IMG/VR virus record: IMGVR_UViG_3300036790_000219
Coordinates: 32,001 to 96,000 of that record
Strand: one strand, 5' to 3'
Origin: a virus
DNA length: 64,000 bases
The notes under the pieces are model-generated. The model was not told where the DNA came from and made no database searches. It was given only the letters and a program-made list of their open reading frames with translations. Position 1 is the stretch's first letter. Every line of letters starts with the position of its first letter. Positions 34,593-43,264 of the stretch are shown piece by piece. A program made the position numbers and the translations under genes.

Positions 34593-34859
34593 ATGGTCGA
34601 AAAACCCAACTCCCAACCAGGTATCCCGCCGACGTCTGAACCGTCCAGCATGCGGCTACAACAGCCAGGTGAGCCAGCGACGGTCGTGTCGGGAATGCCA
34701 GGTATTGGACAGCCCATCAAGCAGGGACCGTTGTATCGTGATGGCGCTCCGCCTAGCAAGTTCAAGTTGCCGGAATCGGTTACTCCGGCTGAGATCAAGG
34801 ATCAGAGCTACCGTTATGGGGGTGGTAGATCAGCAGGGCGAAAGAGCACCGAACCATGA
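34593..34859 (+). CDS. Pro-rich small protein ending in a scaffold-like helix
   Basis: VTPAEIKDQSYRYGGG resembles the ends of 33297..33620 and of the scaffold. Confidence 0.6.
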   Translation: MVEKPNSQPGIPPTSEPSSMRLQQPGEPATVVSGMPGIGQPIKQGPLYRDGAPPSKFKLPESVTPAEIKDQSYRYGGGRSAGRKSTEP

Positions 34860-35065
34860 AACCTCGTGTCAAGATTATCAATCACGTTGGCCGTAGACGA
34901 ACTGGCGACGCAGAAAATGAACAAGAAGCAGTTATTCTTATGGGGCGCGCAGCGTTTTGCGTGCGTGAAATTACGAGTCGAGCAAAAGCTAACGCTCAAA
35001 TAACTGGAAGGGAGCTTGCACAACTTAAGCAAGCTGTAAAACTGTTGGAGAGCGTTGCTTACTAA
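34856..35065 (+). CDS. Small protein with NH...TxD leader
   Basis: MKPRVKIINHVGRRRTGDA. Confidence 0.7.
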   Translation: MKPRVKIINHVGRRRTGDAENEQEAVILMGRAAFCVREITSRAKANAQITGRELAQLKQAVKLLESVAY

Positions 35066-35592
35066 TGATCACTCCTGGTACTTTTCGAGCGGATTGGCCT
35101 GAGTTTGGGAGCCTTTCGGTTTACCCAAACAACGTCGTTGCGTATTGGATCGCGATAGCTGGGATGCTTCTGAATACTGTGTATTGGGGCATTGGCTCAA
35201 CGGTGGCTGTTGCTCCCCCCACAACGAAGTTGGATTTTGCCACTGAACTCTTCGTTGCCCACAATTTGGTCCTTGAGCAACAAGCCTTTGCTGCGGCGCA
35301 GAGTGGTGGTACGCCTGGTACACAACAAGGTGTTGTCACTAGCAAGTCCGTGGGTTCTGTCAGTCTCGGCTATTCGGTAGCAGAAGTTCTAAATCTTGAC
35401 GGGAGTTTCTGGAACGCTACGAATTATGGCGTTCGGTTTCTCTGGTTAGCACGTTTGGTGGGTTCTGGCCCAATCCAAATTGGGATCGGCAAAGTACCAC
35501 TGCCGTTTCTGACATTTGTGGGTTGGGGTGAGAGCGCGTGGGCCGGACCTTATCCATATCCTCAACAAGGTGATTCTGGTTTCTCAAGCTAA
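35065..35592 (+). CDS. DUF4054 head-tail adaptor-type protein
   Basis: FRADWPEF...LFVAHNL...SKSVGSVS...WNATNYG. Confidence 0.82.
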   Translation: MITPGTFRADWPEFGSLSVYPNNVVAYWIAIAGMLLNTVYWGIGSTVAVAPPTTKLDFATELFVAHNLVLEQQAFAAAQSGGTPGTQQGVVTSKSVGSVSLGYSVAEVLNLDGSFWNATNYGVRFLWLARLVGSGPIQIGIGKVPLPFLTFVGWGESAWAGPYPYPQQGDSGFSS

Positions 35593-36032
35593 TGCACCGC
35601 AAATACGTCGTTCATAATACCCGTGATATCAGCTGGGTTGAGGAAGCTCGCGGGCGGGGCTTTACTGCTGGCTGGCGGAACGACCGTTGGCAGGACAATC
35701 CGTTTGATGATCCTAAGATGAACTTGGCTTGGCAGGCAGGATACAGACAGGGGCGCAACAAGGCGCAGATGCGGTCAAATTATCATAAGGGTGAGCTCCG
35801 CAACAAGAAGTTCGAAGCTCCTAGTCGAGATTTCAAAAGTGAGAGAGGATTTCAGGCAAAAGTATTCTCAAGCACTGGCGGTGTGGTAGCAACGTCTCCA
35901 CCATTCTTGAAAGAGCTCCCGGCCCAGCAGTGGGCTAGCAAGAAGATTGAAGAAGCCTTGAAGAAAGGCTTTCGTGTTTCTAGCAAGGTGTTTGCCGGTT
36001 TCTTTGATCCTTTCCAACTCAAGGAAGCTTAG
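35592..36032 (+). CDS. Protein with shortened HN-TRD leader
   Basis: MHRKYVVHNTRDI; AWQAGYRQG motif. Confidence 0.65.
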   Translation: MHRKYVVHNTRDISWVEEARGRGFTAGWRNDRWQDNPFDDPKMNLAWQAGYRQGRNKAQMRSNYHKGELRNKKFEAPSRDFKSERGFQAKVFSSTGGVVATSPPFLKELPAQQWASKKIEEALKKGFRVSSKVFAGFFDPFQLKEA

Positions 36033-36036
36033 TCCT

Positions 36037-36609
36037 GTGGCTGCTAAATCTGGCGTGGTTAAGACTGTAAGCAACCTTGCCAAAGTTATGGCTGGCATAA
36101 ACTTGTTAGCCGGGACCGATGTAATGGTTGGTGTACCGAGCACTAAGGCCGGACGTAGAGAAGGACCCATCAACAACGCGGCACTTGCTTACATCCACGA
36201 TAAAGGCGCACCGGCTGCTCACATTCCCGCCCGTCCGTTTATGGAGCCTGGTATCAAATCCGTTCAGGCTAAGATTGCTGCTGAGCTTGAGAAAGCTGGA
36301 CCGCTCGCTCTCCAAGGCAAGGTCTCCGGGGTCCAGACTACCCTCAACCGGGTAGGGATCATCGCGAGTCAGGCGATAAAGGCCAAGATCTCAGAGGGTA
36401 TCCCGCCGCCGCTGGCTCCTTCTACCATAAAGGGTAGAATTAGAAGAATCAAAGGCAAGAAACGGCGACAAAAAATTGCTGTTGCTTTAGCTTCGGGAGT
36501 AGCACCAAGTGTTCAGGGTGGCCAACCTGGGCTATTTGTGCCGTTAATTGTTACGGGAGCCCTTAGAAATTCAATAACGTATGTGCTTAGGAAGGCGCAG
36601 GGGAAGTAG
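36037..36609 (+). CDS. Neck / virion morphogenesis protein
   Basis: IHDKGAP...IPARPFM...PLAPSTI...PLIVTGALRNSITY. Confidence 0.8.
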   Translation: MAAKSGVVKTVSNLAKVMAGINLLAGTDVMVGVPSTKAGRREGPINNAALAYIHDKGAPAAHIPARPFMEPGIKSVQAKIAAELEKAGPLALQGKVSGVQTTLNRVGIIASQAIKAKISEGIPPPLAPSTIKGRIRRIKGKKRRQKIAVALASGVAPSVQGGQPGLFVPLIVTGALRNSITYVLRKAQGK

Positions 36610-36618
36610 GATAAACTT

Positions 36619-37371
36619 TTGAGACATTATTTATACGTATTTACTTTTCCGAATGAAAAGCAATACTTTGGACACGCACGTGATGTGAAACGGCGATGGG
36701 TAGAGCATAAGAAAGCTGCCAAGCGCAATCGACAAACACCAATTTACCGTGCAATTCGTAAATACGGTTGGGGCGCCATTAAAAAGCAAGTCGTGGTTGT
36801 TGGCCCAGAAGACTATATTGTTGGAATGGAGGCTACCGCAATAGAAAAATTTAATACCCTAGTTCCTCAGGGGTACAATCTCTCACCTGGGGGGTTTTCT
36901 GCACCAACTTCAAACCCCGAAGTAGCTGCCAAACTTAGCCGTTATATGATTGAGCGCTGGAAAGACCCCAAATACCGAGCGTATATTGAGGAGTGCTCTA
37001 GAAATCGAGAACCCACCAACGAAAGCCGTGACAAAATTTCTGTGGCTGCGCGTTTAAGATGGCAGAATCCAAATTACCGAGACAACTTTATCAAAAACCG
37101 AACTGGTAAGGGGCGTGGGCGAGTTTGGATAACTAATGGCAAGGCACGACGGTTAGTTCTTCCGGATGCGGAGCTACCTTTTGGTTGGGTTGTTGGAATG
37201 GGCCGAATTTATACGGCCCAGGAACTAAGAGCACGAAGTAACTCTATGCTTGGGCACTTACGGATTACTAATGGGGCAGAAGAGCGGTGTATATCCCCAG
37301 AGACGCCTCTTCCTATAGGTTGGCATTACGGTCGTAAGTTGGGTATAGATTATAGTGGGAAATTCAAATGA
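36619..37371 (+). CDS. GIY-YIG homing endonuclease
   Basis: YLYVFTFPNEKQYFGHA...RRW..H...GYNLSPGG; two ITNG modules. Confidence 0.85.
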   Translation: MRHYLYVFTFPNEKQYFGHARDVKRRWVEHKKAAKRNRQTPIYRAIRKYGWGAIKKQVVVVGPEDYIVGMEATAIEKFNTLVPQGYNLSPGGFSAPTSNPEVAAKLSRYMIERWKDPKYRAYIEECSRNREPTNESRDKISVAARLRWQNPNYRDNFIKNRTGKGRGRVWITNGKARRLVLPDAELPFGWVVGMGRIYTAQELRARSNSMLGHLRITNGAEERCISPETPLPIGWHYGRKLGIDYSGKFK

Positions 37372-38030
37372 GTGCTCTTATTATCAAGACGGGTATGTCG
37401 GTCGAAAACTCGATTGCCGAGGCCTACGCCGCCAAAGATATCTTAAAGTTGACCGGGGCATTCACCGTTGATACGCTCGACGCTGCGGTACCGGTAGATG
37501 CTAAAGCAATCATTAGCTTCGGTGTTTGTGGTGGGTTATCACCTGATGCTCAGATTGGCCAGGCTTTTATCTACAGTGCATGTGTCACCCCGAACGGAAC
37601 CTTCTACGTAGATACAGCTTGGCGCATGCGGCTATTTGCCGCTACGAAGTACTACGAGCGCAAGTGCTGGTCATCGGGGGAGTTCAACACCGCCAACACC
37701 GTTGAAGAACGCGCCAAGCTTTTTGCTCAGACCGAATGCTCGGTTATTGACGATGAGACCTTCGCGGTGGCTGAGTTGGCTCACAAGCGAGGAATTGCCT
37801 GGATTGGGTTGCGCACAGTGAGTGACGGTGCCGAGGACAACTTACCTCCGGCCGTAGTCAATGCCCTCAATCCAGATGGGGATGTCGATATTGAAGCCGT
37901 TCTAGCTTCTGTAGTTGAGGACCCGCTTCAGATTCCGGCTCTGCTAGAGACCGCTGAGGAAGCGCAGACATCCTTCGACGAGTTGCGCACTGCTGCGATA
38001 GCAATCGGCCCTAACTTCCAGTGGTTGTAG
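37368..38030 (+). CDS. Nucleoside phosphorylase-fold protein, HpnG-like
   Basis: IISFGVCGGLSP...VIDDET...LRTVSD...LPPAV...DGDVD...P.QIPALL. Confidence 0.72.
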   Translation: MSALIIKTGMSVENSIAEAYAAKDILKLTGAFTVDTLDAAVPVDAKAIISFGVCGGLSPDAQIGQAFIYSACVTPNGTFYVDTAWRMRLFAATKYYERKCWSSGEFNTANTVEERAKLFAQTECSVIDDETFAVAELAHKRGIAWIGLRTVSDGAEDNLPPAVVNALNPDGDVDIEAVLASVVEDPLQIPALLETAEEAQTSFDELRTAAIAIGPNFQWL

Positions 38031-38507
38031 ATGCCTTCTATTGATGTCACTGAGGCTCTGGTTAGTCCTGATATTGCTGCAGAGCAATTTACGGTCATTC
38101 GCAGACAAGAGGTCGTTAATGACTTTGGCGAATCAACTGTCCTAGTAGAGACTTCTATTCAAATAGGAGCCGTTCAACCGGGGGGTGAGCAAAGTCTGTT
38201 GCGGGAAGAAGGCCAGGATGCCCAGACTAAAACCCTAAACATAGTGACCAAATTTCGGTTGCGTGGTGTTAGTAAAAGCACTAGCGGAAGCCGCTATAAG
38301 CCCGATCAAATAAATTGGAATGGTAATATTTACGAGGTCAAGGACGTTACTTCGTATAGCCGCTTCGGCGCGGGTTTTGTTGAAGCCACCGCCGCATCTA
38401 TTGACTACGTCGATTACCCACCTGCTGAATTGCCTGGTTACATCGGTCGGTTGGACTTTAGTCGGATCCAAAATACTGTCCTGGCTCGTGGAGGCAGACC
38501 GTGCTGA
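38031..38507 (+). CDS. Head-tail joining/closure protein
   Basis: MPSIDVTEAL.SPD...FTVIRR; position in the neck module. Confidence 0.65.
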   Translation: MPSIDVTEALVSPDIAAEQFTVIRRQEVVNDFGESTVLVETSIQIGAVQPGGEQSLLREEGQDAQTKTLNIVTKFRLRGVSKSTSGSRYKPDQINWNGNIYEVKDVTSYSRFGAGFVEATAASIDYVDYPPAELPGYIGRLDFSRIQNTVLARGGRPC

Positions 38508-38875
38508 TTCAAGTTCTAGATGCTGGCGGTACGCCACACTGGGTTGTGTTTCAAGGCCAGGACCAGATCAATGATGCTTCTGGAATACTGGGGGCTGGGG
38601 CGGTTGGAGAAAATCCGGAACCACAACAAATTCTAGCAGCTAACGACGAGCGTGCCGGGTGGTTGTTCCAGAACACATCACCGAACCCCATGTTCTTACT
38701 AGAAATAGTTGCGGAAGAGCCTGCGATCTCTTCATGGCTTGTTAACCCCGGCGAGTGCTTTCCGCCTTGCGGCTATCCTATTCCTGTAGGCGCTATTTCG
38801 GTGTTTGGATCAGGCACGTCAGTAGAGAACGACCCATTTACGGCGCGCGAGTGGGTTAACGCGGCGGGCGAGTGA
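38501..38875 (+). CDS. Hypothetical small beta protein
   Basis: QILAANDERAGWLFQNTS. Confidence 0.55.
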   Translation: MLIQVLDAGGTPHWVVFQGQDQINDASGILGAGAVGENPEPQQILAANDERAGWLFQNTSPNPMFLLEIVAEEPAISSWLVNPGECFPPCGYPIPVGAISVFGSGTSVENDPFTAREWVNAAGE

Positions 38876-38876
38876 T

Positions 38877-39647
38877 TTGTTGGGGCTAGCATTGCAAAAC
38901 AACAAGTACCGTCGTTGGTATAATGAGCTCATAGCGAGAGCAAAGAACCGCCACTTAAGTTGTTATTTTGAAAGACACCATATAAAGCCTAAAGCTCTCG
39001 GCGGTGGAAATGAGAAGTCCAATATTGTAAAGTTGACTTACAGAGAGCACTTTCTAGCACATTGGCTGTTGACTAAGTGTACGCTTGGGGTGGCCCAACA
39101 AAAGATGTTCGCTGCATTAGCATATATGACTAGGGCAACGAGTGGCCGCACAGTTTCGAGTTGGCAGTTTTCTTTGGCACGCACTGCACGAGTGTTAGTA
39201 ATAGAGGCAATTTTAAAGGAGTGTTGGAAGAACCCTTCCTACCGTGAACTTCAGTTTACACAGCAAAGTTTGTCAATGAAGAATCGATGGAAGGACGATG
39301 ATTGGCGTGTGTATATGGAGAGACTTATTTCAGCGAAAAACCGGGCGTTATGGCAGGATCCTAGTTACCGGGAGAAGCAAACTAAAACTCGGCGTAGTAC
39401 TGCCTTTCGGGAAGGTCAACGTAAAAAGGCAAAAGCAGCGTGGGCTAAAGCTGAATGTCGCAAGAAGTATTTAGCTACGAATAGTTTACGTACTCTATTG
39501 AAGGACCCTATGTTTGTCAGAAAAAGGATAAGAAAGTTTAGAGCAGCGATAAAAGTTTTGTGGCAGGATCCTATTTGGCGGGCTAACACTTTGGCGGCGC
39601 AGGCTGCTGGGCGACTAAAGAAAAAAGCTCTCCAAAATGGTCAATAA
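38877..39647 (+). CDS. HNH homing endonuclease
   Basis: ERHHIKPKALGGGNEKSNIVKLTYREHFLAH; repeated W..P.YR helices. Confidence 0.88.
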   Translation: MLGLALQNNKYRRWYNELIARAKNRHLSCYFERHHIKPKALGGGNEKSNIVKLTYREHFLAHWLLTKCTLGVAQQKMFAALAYMTRATSGRTVSSWQFSLARTARVLVIEAILKECWKNPSYRELQFTQQSLSMKNRWKDDDWRVYMERLISAKNRALWQDPSYREKQTKTRRSTAFREGQRKKAKAAWAKAECRKKYLATNSLRTLLKDPMFVRKRIRKFRAAIKVLWQDPIWRANTLAAQAAGRLKKKALQNGQ

Positions 39648-40272
39648 TTCAGCAACTGGTGGTTACTTACTGCCGGCTTCTTCTCCTGCTCCGTTGGAAG
39701 ATCAAGCACTACTTCGATTCTTTCAAACCCTCATAGTTGGAATTACAGGGTTGCCTGGCTCTTTGGTGAGACCCTACTGGCAGGAACGCCCACCGGACGT
39801 TCCTGATGCAGGGGTGGCTTGGGCTGCGTTCAAGATAACAAAGCGCCCCTCGGATGAGTATCCTTATGTGGGCCGCAACCCTTACGGCGCGGAGGACGGT
39901 GCTGATCACCTGCAACGTCACGAGTTGCTGGAGATTCTAACCAGCTTCTACGACACAGGCGTCACTGGATTAGCCAATACTGGGGGAAGTGCTGATGCGA
40001 ACGCAGCACTCTTACGAGACGGCTTAATGATCGGGCAGAACCGTGAGCCGTTGTTCAAAATTGGCTACGGTTTGGTTCGAATTGGAGAAGTTGTAACGCT
40101 TCCCAACCTCTTCAAGCAGCGTTGGCAGAACCGCGTTGACTTTGAATGGGCGGTCCGCCGTCAGATTGACCGCTCCTACCCTGTGGAAACTTTGGTTGCC
40201 GCCACAGGCGATTTGTATACGGACACCGGGCTTCCGCCTGAGCCGTTTAACGTTCCTAGTCCCTCAGAATAA
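39637..40272 (+). CDS. Tail terminator/completion protein
   Basis: GITGLPGSLVRPYWQ..PP; directly upstream of the sheath module. Confidence 0.7.
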   Translation: MVNNSATGGYLLPASSPAPLEDQALLRFFQTLIVGITGLPGSLVRPYWQERPPDVPDAGVAWAAFKITKRPSDEYPYVGRNPYGAEDGADHLQRHELLEILTSFYDTGVTGLANTGGSADANAALLRDGLMIGQNREPLFKIGYGLVRIGEVVTLPNLFKQRWQNRVDFEWAVRRQIDRSYPVETLVAATGDLYTDTGLPPEPFNVPSPSE

Positions 40273-40638
40273 TTGGAGGCCCTTATGGCCGATAAATACG
40301 ATACGGAACCTCAGGCGGTTCCGGTGATGGAGGCTGCGCCTCCGGCCAAGCTGGAAGGCGACGCAGAAAGAAGTGTTCGGCGGAAGGTGGATCTCGATGC
40401 TCTCTTCGCTGCGCATATGAACGCGGTAAGGCTTGCCCACAAGCTTTTCCCTACCCCTGCGATACCTTTTGCGCGGATGAAGAAGTCTGACAAGATCAAG
40501 GCACGGGAAAAGCAGAAACTTATCATCGTGGCCAACAAGAAGTATCACGTAGCGGTGCGTGAGACTTGTCGTCGGCACAGAGACGAAGAGAGCGTACGGC
40601 TTCGCAAGATAGCCCAAGCCAAGAAGGAGGCTGCGTAA
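40273..40638 (+). CDS. Basic hypothetical protein
   Basis: Lys/Arg-rich ORF with RBS. Confidence 0.55.
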   Translation: MEALMADKYDTEPQAVPVMEAAPPAKLEGDAERSVRRKVDLDALFAAHMNAVRLAHKLFPTPAIPFARMKKSDKIKAREKQKLIIVANKKYHVAVRETCRRHRDEESVRLRKIAQAKKEAA

Positions 40639-42156
40639 ATGAACGCAACTGTGAACCTTCCAATCTCACTTCTCGTTGATGTTACGGTGGACCTGACCCC
40701 CGTTGGGGCGCAGGCACCGTCGCTCAACACGGGGTTGTTGCTCGGTACTAGCGCAGTCATTGACGTGGTAACCCGTATGCGTGTTTACGCTACGTTGGCT
40801 GCTGTAGCAACCGACTTTGGTAACGACGCCGAAGAATATCTGGCTGCGGAACTCTGGTTTGGGCAGAGCCCACAGCCAACGTCGTTGAACATCGGCCGGT
40901 GGGCAAAGACTGCTAGTGCGGGCCAGTTGTACTGCGGTGAGTTGAGTGAAGCTGACACTCTCATTTCGGCTTGGACTGGTATTACCACCGGTAGTTTTAA
41001 GGTCGCTGTGGATGGTGGTGCGGTAACGAACGTTCCCGACCTTGACTTCGCTGCTGCAGGTAACCTCAACGCTGTTGCGGTAATCATTCAAACTGCTCTT
41101 CAAGGCATAGGTGGTGCCTTCGCAACTGTGACTTGCGTGTACAATGCGACGTACAACCGCTTTGTTATTACGAGTGGCACCACAGGTACGAGTTCTGAGA
41201 TCTCCTTCCTGACCGCAGGCAGCACGGGTATAGATATCTCTGCAATGCTGCAAGGACTTTCCACAAGCGACGGTGCTTACATTGCTAATGGTATCGCTGC
41301 TGAGACTGCTTTGTCTTGTGTTGAGTTGTTTGACAATCAGTTTGCGGGTCAGTGGTACAATCTGTTCATCCCAGAAGCAAGTGACAGTGATGATACGGCC
41401 ATCGCACCGTATATTGATGGCGACGGGACACCACACTTCTACTGGATCAATACCCAAGAGGAAGCCCTGCTCTCTCTGGGGGACACAACGCATATCGGCT
41501 ACTTGCTACAACAGTTGCAGTCCCAACACACAGCGTGGCAGTATTCGAGTACGTCGCTGTATGCGGTGTGGAGTATGGCGGCCCGGATTGCTACGGTGAA
41601 CTGGCAAGGCTCGCTAACGGCGCTCTCGCTGATGTACAAGACTGAGCCAAGTGTTGATGCAGAAGCGTTGACGGTGGATCAACGAGATGCTCTGCTCAGT
41701 TATAATGGTAACGTTTATGACACGTACTCCAATCCGAGTGGGGTACCACTTATTGAGCCGGGCATTTGTCCTTCCGGACAGTTCATTGATACCATTATCG
41801 GAGTGGACTGGCTGCGAACTCAAATCCAGACGAATATCTTCAACATTCTTCTGGGTTCAACAACGAAGATCCCGCAGACTGATCCTGGTGTAAATCAGTT
41901 GGTCAACGGTGCTTCTACTGCCTGTGGTCAGGGGGTAGTCAATGGTCTTCTGGCACCGGGGACTTGGAACTCTGGTGGCTTCGGGCAGCTGACCGAAGGC
42001 CAGTGGCTAGATAAGGGCTACTACATTTACGCCCAGCCCATTGCCAGTCAGCCAGAGGACCAACGGCAGGCACGTATCTCACCCCCGATCCAAGTGGCCG
42101 CGAAGCTTGCTGGGGCAATTGACACGGTCTCCGTGACCGTAGTTGTAAATCAATAA
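40639..42156 (+). CDS. Tail sheath protein (DUF3383)
   Basis: LPISLLVDVTV, YLAAELWFGQSPQP, LMYKTEP, KIPQTDPG. Confidence 0.88.
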   Translation: MNATVNLPISLLVDVTVDLTPVGAQAPSLNTGLLLGTSAVIDVVTRMRVYATLAAVATDFGNDAEEYLAAELWFGQSPQPTSLNIGRWAKTASAGQLYCGELSEADTLISAWTGITTGSFKVAVDGGAVTNVPDLDFAAAGNLNAVAVIIQTALQGIGGAFATVTCVYNATYNRFVITSGTTGTSSEISFLTAGSTGIDISAMLQGLSTSDGAYIANGIAAETALSCVELFDNQFAGQWYNLFIPEASDSDDTAIAPYIDGDGTPHFYWINTQEEALLSLGDTTHIGYLLQQLQSQHTAWQYSSTSLYAVWSMAARIATVNWQGSLTALSLMYKTEPSVDAEALTVDQRDALLSYNGNVYDTYSNPSGVPLIEPGICPSGQFIDTIIGVDWLRTQIQTNIFNILLGSTTKIPQTDPGVNQLVNGASTACGQGVVNGLLAPGTWNSGGFGQLTEGQWLDKGYYIYAQPIASQPEDQRQARISPPIQVAAKLAGAIDTVSVTVVVNQ

Positions 42157-42169
42157 TTGAGGCACAGAC

Positions 42170-42628
42170 ATGAGCGCATATAGCTTTCTAAACGTAGCTG
42201 CTGCCATTGCTGGGCCGGGTCTTGTGGCTCAGATTGGTTCCTCAGCGGGCGCGGCGAAAGAAGGTATTTCGACGGGCTTCGATGAAGACAAGACGACAAT
42301 CACGACCGGTGCTGATGGGTCAATCATGACCTCGCTTCGTGCGACCATGACGGGCCGCATAACCGTACGGTTGTTGAAGGTATCACCCATCAACGCCATC
42401 CTAAGTCAAGCGTACAACTTCCAGCGGGTAAACGTTCTCAATTGGGGGCAGAATTCCATTACTGTTACCGACACGGCACGGGGGGATGTTGTGACGGGGC
42501 GACAGATGGCCTTCATCAAGTTCCCAGACAATGGTTGGGCCGAGGATGGTAATACTCTGGACTGGGTCTTTCAGGGCATCATCAACGAAATCCTCGGTGT
42601 TGGAATTCCTGACGTCAATACTCCGTAA
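42170..42628 (+). CDS. Tail tube protein (DUF3277)
   Basis: YSFLNVAAAIAGPG...AKEGI...GADGS.M.SL. Confidence 0.85.
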   Translation: MSAYSFLNVAAAIAGPGLVAQIGSSAGAAKEGISTGFDEDKTTITTGADGSIMTSLRATMTGRITVRLLKVSPINAILSQAYNFQRVNVLNWGQNSITVTDTARGDVVTGRQMAFIKFPDNGWAEDGNTLDWVFQGIINEILGVGIPDVNTP

Positions 42629-42650
42629 CCCCCTCTAACGCGAGTTCTCT

Positions 42651-43127
42651 ATGGTCCCCGAACTAGAGTTTACCGTAAACAGTCACAAGTACCGCGCTAC
42701 TCGGTTAAGTGTCTTTCAACAGTTCAATCTTGCTGCTGACTTTCGTGATGTGTTAGTCGGTCTGGCTGTCTTGAAGAAAGACCGACCAAAGGAGTTGGAT
42801 GAGAAGGCTTTTACCAAAGCTATTGAGTTCATCGTAACTGGTGGCTCAAAAGCTCTCAGTCCTGAAATCCGCGAACGGACGATGCATTTGTGTCTCTCCG
42901 TTATAGCTAGACAGGTGGCGTCTCCTGGTGTGGGTTGGACAGCTATTCAGACAGCTGACGGCGTACTAACCCACCAAGATATTCAGCTTCCGGAAATGAT
43001 TGCGATCATGTACCACGTGATCGATCACAACGGGCTGCTGGATTTTTTCTTCGAAGGCCCGTCAACTTCGGACGGGCCGGAGACGGAAAAGTCTGGGCCA
43101 CACTCCCTGACGGCGAAGACTGGTTAA
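42651..43127 (+). CDS. Tail assembly chaperone
   Basis: Between tube and tape measure; YRATRLSVFQQF. Confidence 0.75.
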   Translation: MVPELEFTVNSHKYRATRLSVFQQFNLAADFRDVLVGLAVLKKDRPKELDEKAFTKAIEFIVTGGSKALSPEIRERTMHLCLSVIARQVASPGVGWTAIQTADGVLTHQDIQLPEMIAIMYHVIDHNGLLDFFFEGPSTSDGPETEKSGPHSLTAKTG

Positions 43128-43264
43128 TGGGACCAATTCCTGAAGGCTTCTATACCCTTCCCGACTTGAACGAAGGTACTATAACGCTCTGTGATGTCGC
43201 TCGCGCCAACGACATGTTGGCGGTCAGAGCCGAGAACCGTCGGCGCGCTGAAAGTAAGCCATGA
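43043..43264 (+). CDS. -1 frameshift extension of the tail chaperone (gpGT-like)
   Basis: Slippery T TTT TTC at 43043-49; the -1 frame stays open to ...WATLPDGEDWL...DVARANDMLAVRAEN, ending at 43264. Confidence 0.75.
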   Translation, partial: FFLRRPVNFGRAGDGKVWATLPDGEDWLMGPIPEGFYTLPDLNEGTITLCDVARANDMLAVRAENRRRAESKP

